A DNA stretch of 63,106 nucleotides, filler included, from Octopus bimaculoides (lineage: Eukaryota): NCBI RefSeq assembly GCF_001194135.2. It is 9 parts of 7 records of this genome, joined end to end, with 100 filler letters (N's around TTAATTAATTAA, not from the genome) between each part and the next. Parts side by side here need not be neighbours in the genome. Positions count along the whole stretch, not along the records: positions 1 to 28,605 come from NC_068997.1; 8 more parts are not named here. One strand, 5' to 3'. Both the position numbers and the translations under genes were made by a program. The notes below the pieces were generated by a model, which was not told the origin of the DNA, did not search any database, and saw nothing but the letters and a program-made list of their open reading frames with translations. Position 1 is the stretch's first letter. Each line of letters opens with the position of its first letter. Shown one piece after another: positions 1 to 12,591 of the stretch.

Positions 1-210
1 AACACGTGTGTTTACGATCGCTGTTCGGGTAGTGGAGGTATCAAGTTAAAATACATCATTATATTTGGAAAAATAGGAATAAATTTCAATGAGTATTACT
101 TACTCGGGTATAGTCCAACCCTTTGTCAGCTATATTTGGGCTCCATGCGATGTCTTTATATCCGATGTTTTTGGATAAGTTTCGGAGCAGTGATTTATCG
201 TACTCACATG

Positions 211-287
<77 letters not shown>

Positions 288-300
288 TATTATTATTATT
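211..300. repeat. (ATT)n microsatellite
   Basis: Near-pure ATT run; explains the poly-Y/poly-I ORFs. Confidence 0.98.
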
Positions 301-793
301 TTTCAGCTGGCATCAAAACGAGAATAATCAATTAAAAGAAAAAGTTCCTAAAAATTATTATCAAGCTGTTATTATTAAATATATATTTGTAGAATGTATT
401 GGTTTTATGGCATATCACCTTGGCACAGAGGAAACATTGACTGAGCACCAAGTAAGCAGACGGCATCCATATAGGTAGGGTGTGAGGTGTACATATTCAG
501 AATATGATCAAACAATCCCAAAAGCAATATCCGGCCTTGTCATCCGAGTTTTAGATTCTATTTCTGTCTACATTTGCAACTAATCCTCTGGCAAACACTT
601 CTGCTATATTCCGTGTTCATCTCTTTCACTATCTCATTTCCATAAAGTCTGTATTGGAACTAAAATTGAGCGAACCTTTCAATGTAACTTTAGTGTGTTT
701 CTGTCCGACTTACATTACATTAGATCTATTAGTATGTATGTATGTATGTATGTATGTATGTATGTATATGGACACAGATCATGTGCCGGTGGC

Positions 794-870
794 TAGCTGG
801 AAAATGTGTTTTCCTGGGGCTAAAAAGTAGTATCATCAGCCAGCGTAGGACTGCCGCGTTGCGTTGGCAA
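794..870. repeat. Degenerate solo copy of the inverted-repeat arm of the 22971-23354 element
   Basis: gtgttttcctggggctaaaaagtag...ggactgccgcgttgcgttggcaa aligns with gtgtttcttggggctaaatagcag...ggactgccacattaagttggcaa (23265-23343). Confidence 0.7.
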
Positions 871-942
871 ATAGACTTTTGCTATATATATATATATAAA
901 GACACATACATATATATGTGTGTGTGTGTGTGTGTGCACATG

Positions 943-1009
<67 letters not shown>

Positions 1010-1010
1010 A

Positions 1011-1230
1011 AGGCGGTGAGCTGGTACAGCCGTTAGCACGCCGGGCAAAGTGAAGAACGGCATATCATCTGTCTTTACGTTCTGAGTTCAAATTCCGCCG
1101 AGGTCAATTCTGCCTTTCATCCTTTCGGGATTGATGAAGTAAGTTCCATTGAAACACTGGGCTCGATATAATCGACCTAGTCCCTCCCCACAAATTTCCG
1201 GCTTTCTGCTTAATGTAGAAAGGATTATTA
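1011..1230 (+). mobile_element. tRNA-derived SINE, family A
   Basis: aggcggtgagctgg head, B-box-like gagttcaaattcc, body gcctttcatcctttcggg...aagt; about 24 related copies in the window. Confidence 0.9.
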
Positions 1231-1239
1231 TTGACAGAA

Positions 1240-1422
1240 TGGTAAGCTCGCCGGAAAATATGCTTGGCAGCATTTCGTCCGTCTTTTCGCTCTGAGTTCA
1301 AATTCCGTCCACATCGACTTTGTCTTTCATCCATTCAGTTTAACATTGGGGTCGATATATATTCAGCTCATCTCCACCTCCAAAATTACTGGCCTTGTGC
1401 CAAAATTTGAAATCAACATTAT
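1240..1422 (+). mobile_element. SINE family A, partial adjacent copy
   Basis: B box gagttcaaattcc and 3' end ggccttgtgccaaaatttgaaa. Confidence 0.85.
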
Positions 1423-1728
1423 AAAACAAACTTATCGCAATTTCAGGAATGTCTTGAGAGGCTCATTATGCCAATAATAAACACACACACTGGTTCTGAT
1501 TCACTTCTGTTATTATTATCATTAGTCAATTGGTGGATTGGTAATAATAAACATTCATGTTTTGTTATTGACATTATGACCTTCTGAACGTACAATAAAA
1601 TCTTTTTCAATCTACGATTTTATATCAAGAATCTTGGAAACTGCAAACCAAATACAGAAAGGAACTGATAGAATTTAGTTCATCAAATTTTTTAACACGT
1701 GAAAATTATTATTATGATTACACACACA

Positions 1729-1770
<42 letters not shown>

Positions 1771-1778
1771 TACATACA

Positions 1779-1814
<36 letters not shown>

Positions 1815-2253
1815 TATACACATACGAAATATATATATATATATATANNNNNNNNNNNNNNNNNNNNNNNNNNNNNNNNNNNNNNNNNNNNNNNNNNNNN
1901 NNNNNNNNNNNNNNNNNNNNNNNNNNNNNNNNNNNNNNNNNNNNNNNNNNNNNNNNNNNNNNNNNNNNNNNNNNNNNNNNNNNNNNNNNNNNNNNNNNNN
2001 NNNNNNNNNNNNNNNNNNNNNNNNNNNNNNNNNNNNNNNNNNNNNNNNNNNNNNNNNNNNNNNNNNNNNNNNNNNNNNNNNNNNNNNNNNNNNNNNNNNN
2101 NNNNNNNNNNNNNNNNNNNNNNNNNNNNNNNNNNNNNNNNNNNNNNNNNNNNNNNNNNNNNNNNNNNNNNNNNNNNNNNNNNNNNNNNNNNNNNNNNNNN
2201 NNNNNNNNNNNNNNNNNNNNNNNNNNNNNNNNNNNNNNNNNNNNNNNNNNNNN

Positions 2254-2316
<63 letters not shown>

Positions 2317-2639
2317 TGAGTGAGTGTGTGTATGTGTTTGTATGTGCATATATGTGTGTATGTATATGTATGTAAGAAAGAGTTGGGAGTGGAGAATGAG
2401 TGTGGGAGACCAGGTAAGATGGAGTCAACGGAAAGCAGGTCATCACCTGCTAAACATGCTACAAAGAGAGCAAAAGGCAACTCCATAACAAAACACAAAT
2501 AAATATAGGATGGAAAAATCAATAAATTTTACAGTTTCGATAAGAACAGGGTCAGAAGGTTTCCAATGAATCGTGAAATAGGTCAGTAAACAATTTAATC
2601 GTTACACTTATTACACCATCTCATCTCAACGCATCTCAT

Positions 2640-2801
2640 TGGTGTTGTTGTTGTTGTTGTTGTTGTTGCTGCTGCTGCTGCTGCTGTTGTTGTTGTTGTT
2701 GCTCTTTCGTTGATGTTGTTGATCTGTTGCTGCTCTTGTTGAGGTAGCTGCAGTAGTTGTAGTAGTAGTTGCAGCAGCAGCATCACCACCACCACCACCA
2801 C

Positions 2802-2843
<42 letters not shown>

Positions 2844-2845
2844 AT
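2640..2845. repeat. Compound trinucleotide microsatellite (GTT/GCT/GTA/CAC)
   Basis: Directly visible runs. Confidence 0.95.
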
Positions 2846-3017
2846 CTTGTTGTGGTTCTCCTTGGCTTTCTTTGAACGTTACAAAGAAATTGGTTAACAT
2901 TCAGAGGTATACACGTAGTACATACATACATATACGTGTATGTATGTGTGTGTGTGTATTTATGTATGTGTGTGTTTGTGTGTATTTATTGTGTGTGTGT
3001 GTGTGTGTATTTATGTT

Positions 3018-3250
3018 TTTTACTTGTTTCAGTCACTTGACTGCGGCCATGCTTGGGCACCACCTTGAAGGATTTTAGTCGAACAAATCAACCCTAGGGA
3101 CTTATGCTTTTTTACAGTTTAGTACTTATTCTATCGCTTCTCTTTTGCCGAACCGCTAGTTTACAGGGACATAAACACACCAACACCGGTTGTCATGCGG
3201 TAGCGAGGGGCAAACACAGACACAAAGATACACACGCATATATATATATA
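3018..3250 (-). mobile_element. SINE family B, 3' half
   Basis: ttacttgtttcagtca..gactgcggccatgct..agtacttattctatcg..ttttgccgaaccgcta; matches the copy at 11855-12190. Confidence 0.88.
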
Positions 3251-3559
3251 CTGCTGGTCTTCCATAAACATCATTGCCCGGACTTGTGCATGGGAGGGTA
3301 ACTTTCTAGGTGCAATCCCATGGTCAATGACCGAAGGAGGTCTCAGCTTATATATATATATAATAACTATGATAATATATCATAATAATAATATATACAT
3401 TTGTATATAGACAAATTGACTGAAAAATAATGAGCTAACCCTGGCCAGAATAGAACCCACGCATCAACGTTTACATGGTTACATCCGCTACACGCTCACC
3501 CATCAATTTCAGCCAATTTTTACGTATATATACTTAAATTGTCTAATACTGCATGTAAT

Positions 3560-4080
3560 ACATATACAAAAGATGGGACAAGAACGCAAAACATCCAGAC
3601 AGTTAGATGATACAAAAAGGGACAACAAAACATCCAGACAGATGATACAAAAAAGGGACAAGAAAAAACAAGGACGGGTCATTCGGAGTTTTCTTTCCTC
3701 AGTCGAGTTCTAGATTATCTTTGCAATCTTGGCTGGTTATACTTGAGATTGCTCCAATCTGGCCAGCCCCAAGGATAAACTAAGCTAAGAGCGCTAGATT
3801 CCTTGGAAAAAAGCAGTGAATGTATGCGAAAACAAGGAAGGACAAAACCGGAGAAATGGTACACAAATACAAATGCAAATAACAGGACATTAACAACAGG
3901 TGTCTTTTGACTAAGGACGCATTAAATTAAGCTGGCGTGTGTGGAAGTGAAGCCTTACGGCAGGGATTTAAAAGATGACAGACATGGGGAGGAATATAGT
4001 TGTTCACGGATGGTAGTCGAACCAAGAAAGAACGGTCAGGCATGGCCGAACACCGGCCACGTGGAGAGAGAGGAGAGAGG
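3560..4080 (-). mobile_element. Probable Penelope-like 3' end/pLTR remnant
   Basis: Minus-strand LSPRG..SF motif resembles PLE ORF C-termini; internal tandem unit aaaacatccagacag..gatgatacaaaaa..gggacaa x2 (3587-3661); degenerate CTGAGGA..GAA motif. Confidence 0.4.
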
Positions 4081-7000
4081 TAGGGGCAGAGGGATAGAAG
4101 GATTAGGGAGGAACTGGAAAAAAAGATAAGGGACAGAGTGGAGTGAAAGAGGAGAGAAGGTGAGAATGAAGAGAACACCAAGAAATGTGAGAGGGGGGAA
4201 CGAAAGAAAGAAGAGTGGAAAGAACGAAGTAAGTGTGGAGGGGCTGAGAGAAAGAAAGAAAGAATGAAAGAATTAGAGAGTCGTACAAAATTTACATGAA
4301 TGAATGCGTTAGTGTGTATGTATGTATCTATATATATTCATATATACTTTTACATGCATTTATGTATGACTCTAAGGATGTAAGATGGCTGAATGTGTAT
4401 ATCTAAGTATGATTGCATGTGTATGGCTATATGTGTGTGTGTAAGCATGTAAGGTTGGTTGTATGTATGCACTTGTGTGATTGCATGCGTATATATGAAT
4501 GTCTGCGTGTATATATGCGTATATGCGTGTATGTATTCATGTTTGTATTTATATATGTACATATATATGCATGTGAATATGTATATGCATGTACGTAAGT
4601 ATGAATTTATGTACGTGCGTATATATGTATGTGGATGTATATATGGATGTATCTGTGTGTATTTATATATGTACGTACATATGTATGTATTTATGTACGT
4701 ATCTATGTATAATTTGATGTATGTACTTATATATGCATTAATGTATATATTTATGCACGTACGTATATATGTATGTGTTTGTATGTATACATGTATGTTT
4801 GTTCTATTTGTGTATTTATGCATGTATTTATGTATGTGTGTGTGTGTGCATGTGTGTCAGTTTTATGTTTTGTGTTTATGTGTTTTCCATTATTTATCTC
4901 CGTAAACAAAAATAACGGATTAAAAGCAAAGTTATTAGGCCAACTGGTGTAATCTTTAAAGTCGAACAAGCAACACTGATGATTATAATGAGAAACCAAT
5001 TATTTGGGGAGGCTTATGTAACATAACACAAAGCACCGCTTCCACCACCACCACCACCACCAACACCAGCAACAACAACAACAACAACAACAACAACAGC
5101 AATAACTATCGCAAACAACAATAGTAACAACGTCTGCAACGGCGGCAACAAACGTTAAGACAGGCGACCATGATGAAAATCATCCTAATATAAACTGATA
5201 CGCGCGCGCGCGCGCACACACACACACACACACACATGCATACATACATACATACATACATACACACGCACACACATATATGTGTGTATGTATGTATGTA
5301 TGTATGTATATATGTTATTCTTAAACAAGAATATTATTGAAAGTGACTTTGATTTTGCGGCCATTTAGGGCATCACCGGACTGGCTGAAACTTCGAAGTC
5401 ACTGTCAACAACATTCATATTTAAGAAAAATAAATTTGTACTCTATAAAAGTACAAAGTAATCCATCAGATTAATATGAAATTTTTTTCATTAAAACTGA
5501 ACATAAAAACAAACACTANNNNNNNNNNNNNNNNNNNNNNNNNNNNNNNNNNNNNNNNNNNNNNNNNNNNNNNNNNNNNNNNNNNNNNNNNNNNNNNNNN
5601 NNNNNNNNNNNNNNNNNNNNNNNNNNNNNNNNNNNNNNNNNNNNNNNNNNNNNNNNNNNNNNNNNNNNNNNNNNNNNNNNNNNNNNNNNNNNNNNNNNNN
5701 NNNNNNNNNNNNNNNNNNNNNNNNNNNNNNNNNNNNNNNNNNNNNNNNNNNNNNNNNNNNNNNNNNNNNNNNNNNNNNNNNNNNNNNNNNNNNNNNNNNN
5801 NNNNNNNNNNNNNNNNNNNNNNNNNNNNNNNNNNNNNNNNNNNNNNNNNNNNNNNNNNNNNNNNNNNNNNNNNNNNNNNNNNNNNNNNNNNNNNNNNNNN
5901 NNNNNNNNNNNNNNNNNNNNNNNNNNNNNNNNNNNNNNNNNNNNNNNNNNNNNNNNNNNNNNNNNNNNNNNNNNNNNNNNNNNNNNNNNNNNNNNNNNNN
6001 NNNNNNNNNNNNNNNNNNNNNNNNNNNNNNNNNNNNNNNNNNNNNNNNNNNNNNNNNNNNNNNNNNNNNNNNNNNNNNNNNNNNNNNNNNNNNNNNNNNN
6101 NNNNNNNNNNNNNNNNNNNNNNNNNNNNNNNNNNNNNNNNNNNNNNNNNNNNNNNNNNNNNNNNNNNNNNNNNNNNNNNNNNNNNNNNNNNNNNNNNNNN
6201 NNNNNNNNNNNNNNNNNNNNNNNNNNNNNNNNNNNNNNNNNNNNNNNNNNNNNNNNNNNNNNNNNNNNNNNNNNNNNNNNNNNNNNNNNNNNNNNNNNNN
6301 NNNNNNNNNNNNNNNNNNNNNNNNNNNNNNNNNNNNNNNNNNNNNNNNNNNNNNNNNNNNNNNNNNNNNNNNNNNNNNNNNNNNNNNNNNNNNNNNNNNN
6401 NNNNNNNNNNNNNNNNNNNNNNNNNNNNNNNNNNNNNNNNNNNNNNNNNNNNNNNNNNNNNNNGGTGCAATCAAGTATAAAAACTAGTGATACAACACAA
6501 GTTGAGACGAGCAGAAATCAACTACACAGCAGGTTTTTTGCTTTTTTTTTATATAGGAGTTTACCTTCTCCTAGAGGGAAATGCTGACGAGAAAGTCTAC
6601 CTAACGAGAGCTAAGAGACCTTCCTTTCCAGTGGTTCACGTGCTCGTAAACGTAAAACTGGGAAACCTAGCAAGTGCTACAACTCCAGGTCAGAGTAAAT
6701 CTAGGAAGAATACTGGCTAAGAGTGGTTCCCCATTTCTCAAAACTCTGAAACTCCTGTACCAGGGTCCCATTATCGGAAACAGTTTAAAGTCATACCTAG
6801 GACGTACATGCAAACATGCATACATAATACATTCATACTTACGTACGTACATGCACGCATGCATGCATACATACATGTGTGTGTGTGTGTATGTGTGTGT
6901 GTGTGTGTGTGTATGCATGTGTATATACCGAACATAAACAGTAAATGTTTTTTTATTTGTATCTGAGACTAAAATCTATCACAAACTGCGTCATTTGACT

Positions 7001-7565
7001 GTTTTAAATTCTTGCTATGACTCGCGTAGAACCGTCCTGTCTCTTTACCATGACATATTCATTAAGACTTATGATAAAGTCTTCTGTGTGAGTCTGTTTG
7101 TGCATTCATGTGTGTTTCTGCTGAATGTTATCACAAACAGTACGTTTGTGTGACTATGAGAAACTTAAGGTCGTGTCTTCAAATCTGTATTCATAATTGT
7201 GTAAATTTCTGTGGCCTTCAAACTGCTAGTGTTGTATTGCACATCGTTGAGTGTTATCGTGAGCGCTAATTCCGAACACTACTAATCAACGTATTCAACC
7301 ATAAATGAATTGGGTGCCTTGGTTTTACACTTGTTTATTTGCTTGATTAATTAGTTAGACATCCATTTAATTATCAAATAAAGAACTAACACTTGGAGGC
7401 CTGTTTTTTTTTCTCTTTTGTTCATCGTTTACTAAGAAAAATTGTTTTCTGTTCTGCGCTTTTTTAAAAAGCAAAGTTGTCTGTATATTAAGTACATCCG
7501 GCATATTTGGTGAGTTATACGCACAAATGAACAAAATTGCGCAATAAAAAACAATAGAAATCGGC

Positions 7566-7678
7566 ACAGGCATAGCTGTGACAAGAAGTCTCTCTCTCAA
7601 TCACAAGGTTCCGGTTCAGTCCCACTGCGTGACACCTTGTGGTAGTCTCTTCTACTATAGTCTCAGATCGACCAAAGA
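7566..7678 (+). mobile_element. SINE family B head
   Basis: ggttccggttcagtcccactgcgtgacacc..ttctactatag, the reverse complement of the head at 12110-12190. Confidence 0.75.
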
Positions 7679-7682
7679 TAAG

Positions 7683-7716
<34 letters not shown>

Positions 7717-8204
7717 TGTATGTATGTATCTATCTATCTATCTAAATTAATGCTACTTTTGTCAGAGCTATTGCTAGAAATAACAAGGGGATAATTTGTT
7801 TTATTAATGGCTAGATATTGTCTTATATTACAACTCGTAGTTTCGCCACGAGAAAGCTCTTCTATCGTGTATGTGTGATTGCAATGAAAGATTGAGAAGT
7901 AAGAAAGAGAAAGTATGAGAGAAAGGTATATGAATGCGCCAGCACACATGCATACGCACAAACGCGCGCGCGCGCAACGAATATCTAGTTCCTGGTAAAC
8001 TAACATCTAAAAAAGTAGAAAAAATTATCACTGACAGACTTGTTATCCACTTACTACCTATTTGGATTAACGTTAATCCTTCCGGTTTTAAGTCCAGTGC
8101 TTCATCAACATTAAATACATCCACACAATCAATAATCTTTAGATATGAAACCCACCCCAGTTCACCCACCCCGAATAGAATGTGCCTCTGTATGGTAGAC
8201 CTAT

Positions 8205-8330
8205 CAGCAAGAAATAGCAGCAAAATGTTCTTCAAATCACATTACTACCGTCTTAAATACGAGAAGGACATTCTGCATAATATAGTGTTTGATGCACTTA
8301 AGAAAAGAGATGGTCATGGCTGGATGGAAT
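8205..8330 (+). repeat. Dispersed unclassified repeat (family C)
   Basis: agaaatagcagcaaaatgttcttcaaatcacattactaccgtcttaa resembles 16745-16850. Confidence 0.55.
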
Positions 8331-8359
8331 CGTTAGCACCTAGTCTCCACCGCCACTAG

Positions 8360-8404
8360 TATTACCATCACCATCACCACCACTACCACTACCACCACCA
8401 TCAA

Positions 8405-8436
<32 letters not shown>

Positions 8437-8520
8437 CCACCACCACCACCACCATCACCATCATCATCACTATCATCATCATCACCACCACCACCACCAC
8501 CACCACCATCATTATGGCCA
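8360..8520. repeat. (CAT/CAC)n microsatellite
   Basis: Directly visible. Confidence 0.95.
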
Positions 8521-8930
8521 TCAATCCCATCCCCTTCGCTATCTCTACATCATGTTTAATTAATGTGGCTGAGACTGGATACTAATCAGACAACGGTTGA
8601 AATAANNNNNNNNNNNNNNNNNNNNNNNNNNNNNNNNNNNNNNNNNNNNNNNNNNNNNNNNNNNNNNNNNNNNNNNNNNNNNNNNNNNNNNNNNNNNNNN
8701 NNNNNNNNNNNNNNNNNNNNNNNNNNNNNNNNNNNNNNNNNNNNNNNNNNNNNNNNNNNNNNNNNNNNNNNNNNNNNNNNNNNNNNNNNNNNNNNNNNNN
8801 NNNNNNNNNNNNNNNNNNNNNNNNNAAGGGAAATGGAGAGAGGACAGGAAGAGGGAGAACAGAGACAGAGGGAATCAGAAAAGGTCAAAGAGAGAAGGGC
8901 TGACAAATGGGGTGGAGGGCAGAGGATAAG

Positions 8931-8966
<36 letters not shown>

Positions 8967-9011
8967 CAGACAGACAGCCAAAGATTACGGAAAATGTCGT
9001 GATAATATTAG

Positions 9012-9441
9012 TTTTAAATTCTGGCACAAGGCCAGTAAGTTCGGGGAGGGGGAAAGTCGATTACATTGACCTCAGTGCATAACTGGTACTTATTTTATCG
9101 AACCCTAAAGGATGAAAGGCAAAGTCAACCTCTGTGGAATTTGAGGTCAGATCATAAAGACGGACGAAGTGACCCTTTGCATTTTGTTCAGCATGCTAAC
9201 ATTTCTGCCAACTCGCGCCCTCTTATATTCTTTTCTACTCTAGACACAAGGCTCGAAATTTGGGGTGAGGGGGCTAGTCTATTAGATCGACCCCAGTACG
9301 CATCTGGTACTTATTTTATCGACAGCGAAAGGATGAAAGGCATAGTCGACTTCGGCGGAATTTGAACTCAGAACGTAAAACCGGAAAAATACCGCTAAGC
9401 ATTTCGCCCAGCGTGCTAACCGTTCTGCCAACTCGCCGCTT
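9012..9441 (-). mobile_element. Two tandem SINE family A copies (9012-9220, 9243-9441)
   Basis: Reverse-complement B boxes (ggaatttgaactc) and heads (ttctgccaactcgc) present twice. Confidence 0.9.
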
Positions 9442-9491
9442 TGCGTCCTATTTTATAGTAAATTAATAGAGATGTTGTTGTTGTTGTTGTT

Positions 9492-9745
9492 GGCTTATTG
9501 GTTAGGATGTTGCACTCACGATCGCTCGATCGTGATTTCAATCCCAAGATCGGTTGGTGCGTTGTGCCCTAGAGAAAGAAATTCATTTCATACCCCGTTG
9601 CTCTGCTATCACCTTGACACCTGACGCGTAACACACAATGCACCTAACCAGGTAACGTTGATCTGATAGACGGGGTGAGATAATGTGCGGCACCAACATT
9701 CGATCACTAGAAACAAATCATTGGTGCAGCACTTCGACTGGAGAG
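9492..9745 (+). mobile_element. tRNA-headed SINE, family D-like head
   Basis: ggcttattggttaggatgttgcactcacgatc...gcgttgtgccc head related to 55686-55960. Confidence 0.55.
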
Positions 9746-9777
9746 CACATCATCATTATTATTATTATTATTATTAT

Positions 9778-9899
9778 TTATTGTCTTTGCACAGCTTCTA
9801 ACGCTGGAGATATACTACGGTGCCAGCTGTTCATTACCAGTGAACTAAGGTAACATCCCTTATTTTTCGTACACCATCCGGAGTATTCGAGCGGTTTCA
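9778..9899 (-). mobile_element. R4/Dong-type LINE 3' end within (TTA)n
   Basis: Reverse complement closely matches 13470-13580 (end of REL ORF plus 3' UTR); flanked by ATT runs on both sides. Confidence 0.85.
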
Positions 9900-9900
9900 A

Positions 9901-9931
<31 letters not shown>

Positions 9932-10812
9932 GAGTGAGAGAGCAGCGCATGTCATCAAAGTGACACTGGGGTACAAATATATGAAACCCAATATACCCAC
10001 GACTCCTACAATATAGAAGACAGATTTTTCTTCTATGAGGAGAAGTGTTTGACACTACAAACAGATAAAACTTAAACTTAAAACAGCAACAGAAAACGAG
10101 AGAAACGAACTCTCATCGCTGGATTTATTGAAATGGATATTCACAACGAAAATGCAGATGACAAATGTTGCCAATGTGGAGCATTTTCTGTGACAATACA
10201 CCACACTGTAGCAGGAATGTTCCATACTAGCTTCGTTAAAATATACACAGAGACAAAGTAAGCTAACAAAGTGGCATTTTATATAACCAGCCACCCAATT
10301 TCAATTGCTTCAGCTAGAAACTATTTTGTATTCAAATGAACCTCCCTATTTCTTAGCAAAATGAGATTGCAATGTGAAAATACAAAGGAACTTTAGCAAA
10401 CAGACAGTCTGTCAGATAGCAACAGCACAAGATAAGCTTGACATCACTCTCCGTGATAAAAGTAATTAATAGCGCATTAATTATCGACCTAGGAGCAAAA
10501 CTAAATGACTATAACGTTGAGCAAAAGTGAGCGGAAAAGTTGAAGGAATTACACTAGCCTCGCTGTTAAAGTAAAAAAAACAATTTGGTAGATAAGAAAT
10601 GTGTTTATTCATTGAATTTGTAATTGGCACGACTACAGTGATAACGTAGGGACATTGGCGAATTACCTTCAAGGATGGACCTGTAAATATATTCTGGAAA
10701 ATAACAGTACTAGAGTCTCTAAACATCATACAGGAATCTTCACACCAACGTCTCTTAAGTGTGGAATATTTGCGTTCCCAAAAAACATTGGGAGGGAGGC
10801 ATCATCATCATC

Positions 10813-10853
<41 letters not shown>

Positions 10854-11099
10854 AATGGGATGTGCAGTAATTGATATGTCCTTCCACCAAACAGAAAAAT
10901 ATTCTTCAAATAAAATAAAATAAGTGATATGCGAAGTCCTACAGATAGATCTCGGTAACATTGATATAAGCAGCGTTGCCTATATCTTCAGATCTTAGAG
11001 TAAGAGTTGTTTATTTCGGAATGGTAACTCTGGGAATGAACAAACAAATAACGAGAGCAGAAAAACGAACTTAACAGGTATCACTGCAACTCACGAGAT

Positions 11100-11480
11100 G
11101 CCAGACTATAACAAGAACAACAACGACGTGACGACGATGACGATGATTCGGAGGAAGAGGAGGATTACAGTGGTGGTGGTGGTGGTGGTGGTGGTGACTG
11201 TCGTTGTTGTGCTGGTGGTGGGGGTGGTGTGGATGGGGACAGTGACGACGGCGGTGGCAGTGACGATGATAATGATGATGATGATAACTGGTGGTAGCTG
11301 TTGTGATCATTGTCGTGATGGCGATGGTGGTGGTGATGGTGGTGGTGGTGGTGATGATGATGATGATGGTGGTGGTGGCTACGGAAGCGGTGAAGATAGT
11401 GATGGTGTTGTTGTTGGTGGTGGTGGTGGTAGTGGTGTCGAGATAATGATGATGATGATGATGACAATGATGATAATGAT
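11100..11480. repeat. Compound (GGT/GAT)n low-complexity tract
   Basis: Directly visible; source of the His/Val/Met-rich spurious ORFs. Confidence 0.95.
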
Positions 11481-11854
11481 GTTGACGAAGATACAGTATA
11501 TAAAAAAAAAAACGGACGGCGTATGAGACAACAATAAAACTGACGTGTGCGACAACAAGATCAAAACGAAGATTAAAATATAGAACAATCTAGTAATATA
11601 CAATAAATATAATCTCGTCAATCGATAAGAAAACAAAACACTGACGGACAACAACAAAAACAATGGCGTTTATATTGTCGATTCCTATATTCAAGGTCTT
11701 TCACATGCTTTCACACCCATTTACAGACATTTTTGCTTACACAAGTCTATGTAGGAGACATTTGCATCACAGGAAAAATAATTTCATATTTCGGCGCAAT
11801 GTCAGCCATTTTCTAAAGAGAAGAGAATCATTGCTTTCTTTCTTTTTTTTTTTT

Positions 11855-12190
11855 TTTTCTGTTTCAGTCCTTTGACTGCGGCCATGCTGGAGCACCACCT
11901 TTAGCCGAACAAATTGACTTATTCTTTGTAAGCTTAGTACTTATTCTATCGGTCTCTTTTGCCGAACCGCTAAGTTACGGGGACGTAAACACACCAACAT
12001 CGGTTGTCAAGCAATGGTAGCGGGCAAACACACATACAAGCACACACACATATAAACGTCGTATATACGACGGGCTTCTTTCAGTTTCCGTCTCAAAAGG
12101 CTTTGGTCGGCCCGAAGCTATTGTAGAAGACATTTGTCCAGGGTGCCACGCATTGGGACTGAGCCCGGAACCATGTGGTTGGTAAGCAAC
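11855..12190 (-). mobile_element. SINE family B, near-complete
   Basis: Head (reverse complement ccacatggttccgggctcagtccc..ccctggacaaatgtcttct), central gacggaaactgaaagaagcccgtcg, 3' ggtgctccagcatggccgcagtc. Confidence 0.92.
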
Positions 12191-12199
12191 CTCATAATT

Positions 12200-12399
12200 A
12201 TTTCAAAGTTTTGCCACAAGGGCAGCTTGGGGAAAGGGGTTCGGTCGATTACATCGACCTCCGTGCGTTACCGGTACTTATTTAATCGAACCCGAAAGGA
12301 TGAAAGGTAAAGTCGACCTCGGCGGAATTTGAACTTAGAACGTAGCGACCGCTAAGCATTTCGCCCAGCGCGCTAACAATTCTGTCAGCTCGCCGTCTT
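12200..12399 (-). mobile_element. SINE family A
   Basis: Full-length match to the family consensus seen in the window. Confidence 0.92.
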
Positions 12400-12591
12400 G
12401 TAGACGTTACTAATAATGTTAACAATAACTAATGTTATAAGAATTTATAAATTTTCGAGAGAACGTAAAATAATTCTCTTTTGGAATCTTGGGTCTCGAA
12501 GCAAGCACATAATGCTATAAATAATAGCATGTAAATATTAGGTTAAAATCCCTTTTGGGATAGAAAAGTCGAAGGGCAGTTCTCATAGCCT

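Noticed and set aside
3432-3500. tRNA gene on the minus strand
   Set aside because: Only A/B-box-like remnants without a cloverleaf; more likely a decayed SINE head.
5341-5406. GAAAC-TTCGAA-GTC palindromic hammerhead 3' half
   Set aside because: No CUGANGA box upstream.
7934-8359. 141-aa ORF as a host exon
   Set aside because: The 3' half is a dispersed repeat also seen at about 16745-16850, and no recognisable domain is present.
10055-10294. Minus ORF with a hydrophobic STLATFVICIFVVNIHF stretch (ion-channel M3-like), and a plus-strand MDIHNENADDKCCQC.. frame ending at gtaagc
   Set aside because: No flanking channel motifs or convincing acceptor; either reading could be chance.
11071-11526. 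His/Val/Gly-rich ORFs, and all YI/CV/HT/X-rich ORFs in the track
   Set aside because: Translations of microsatellites and N gaps.
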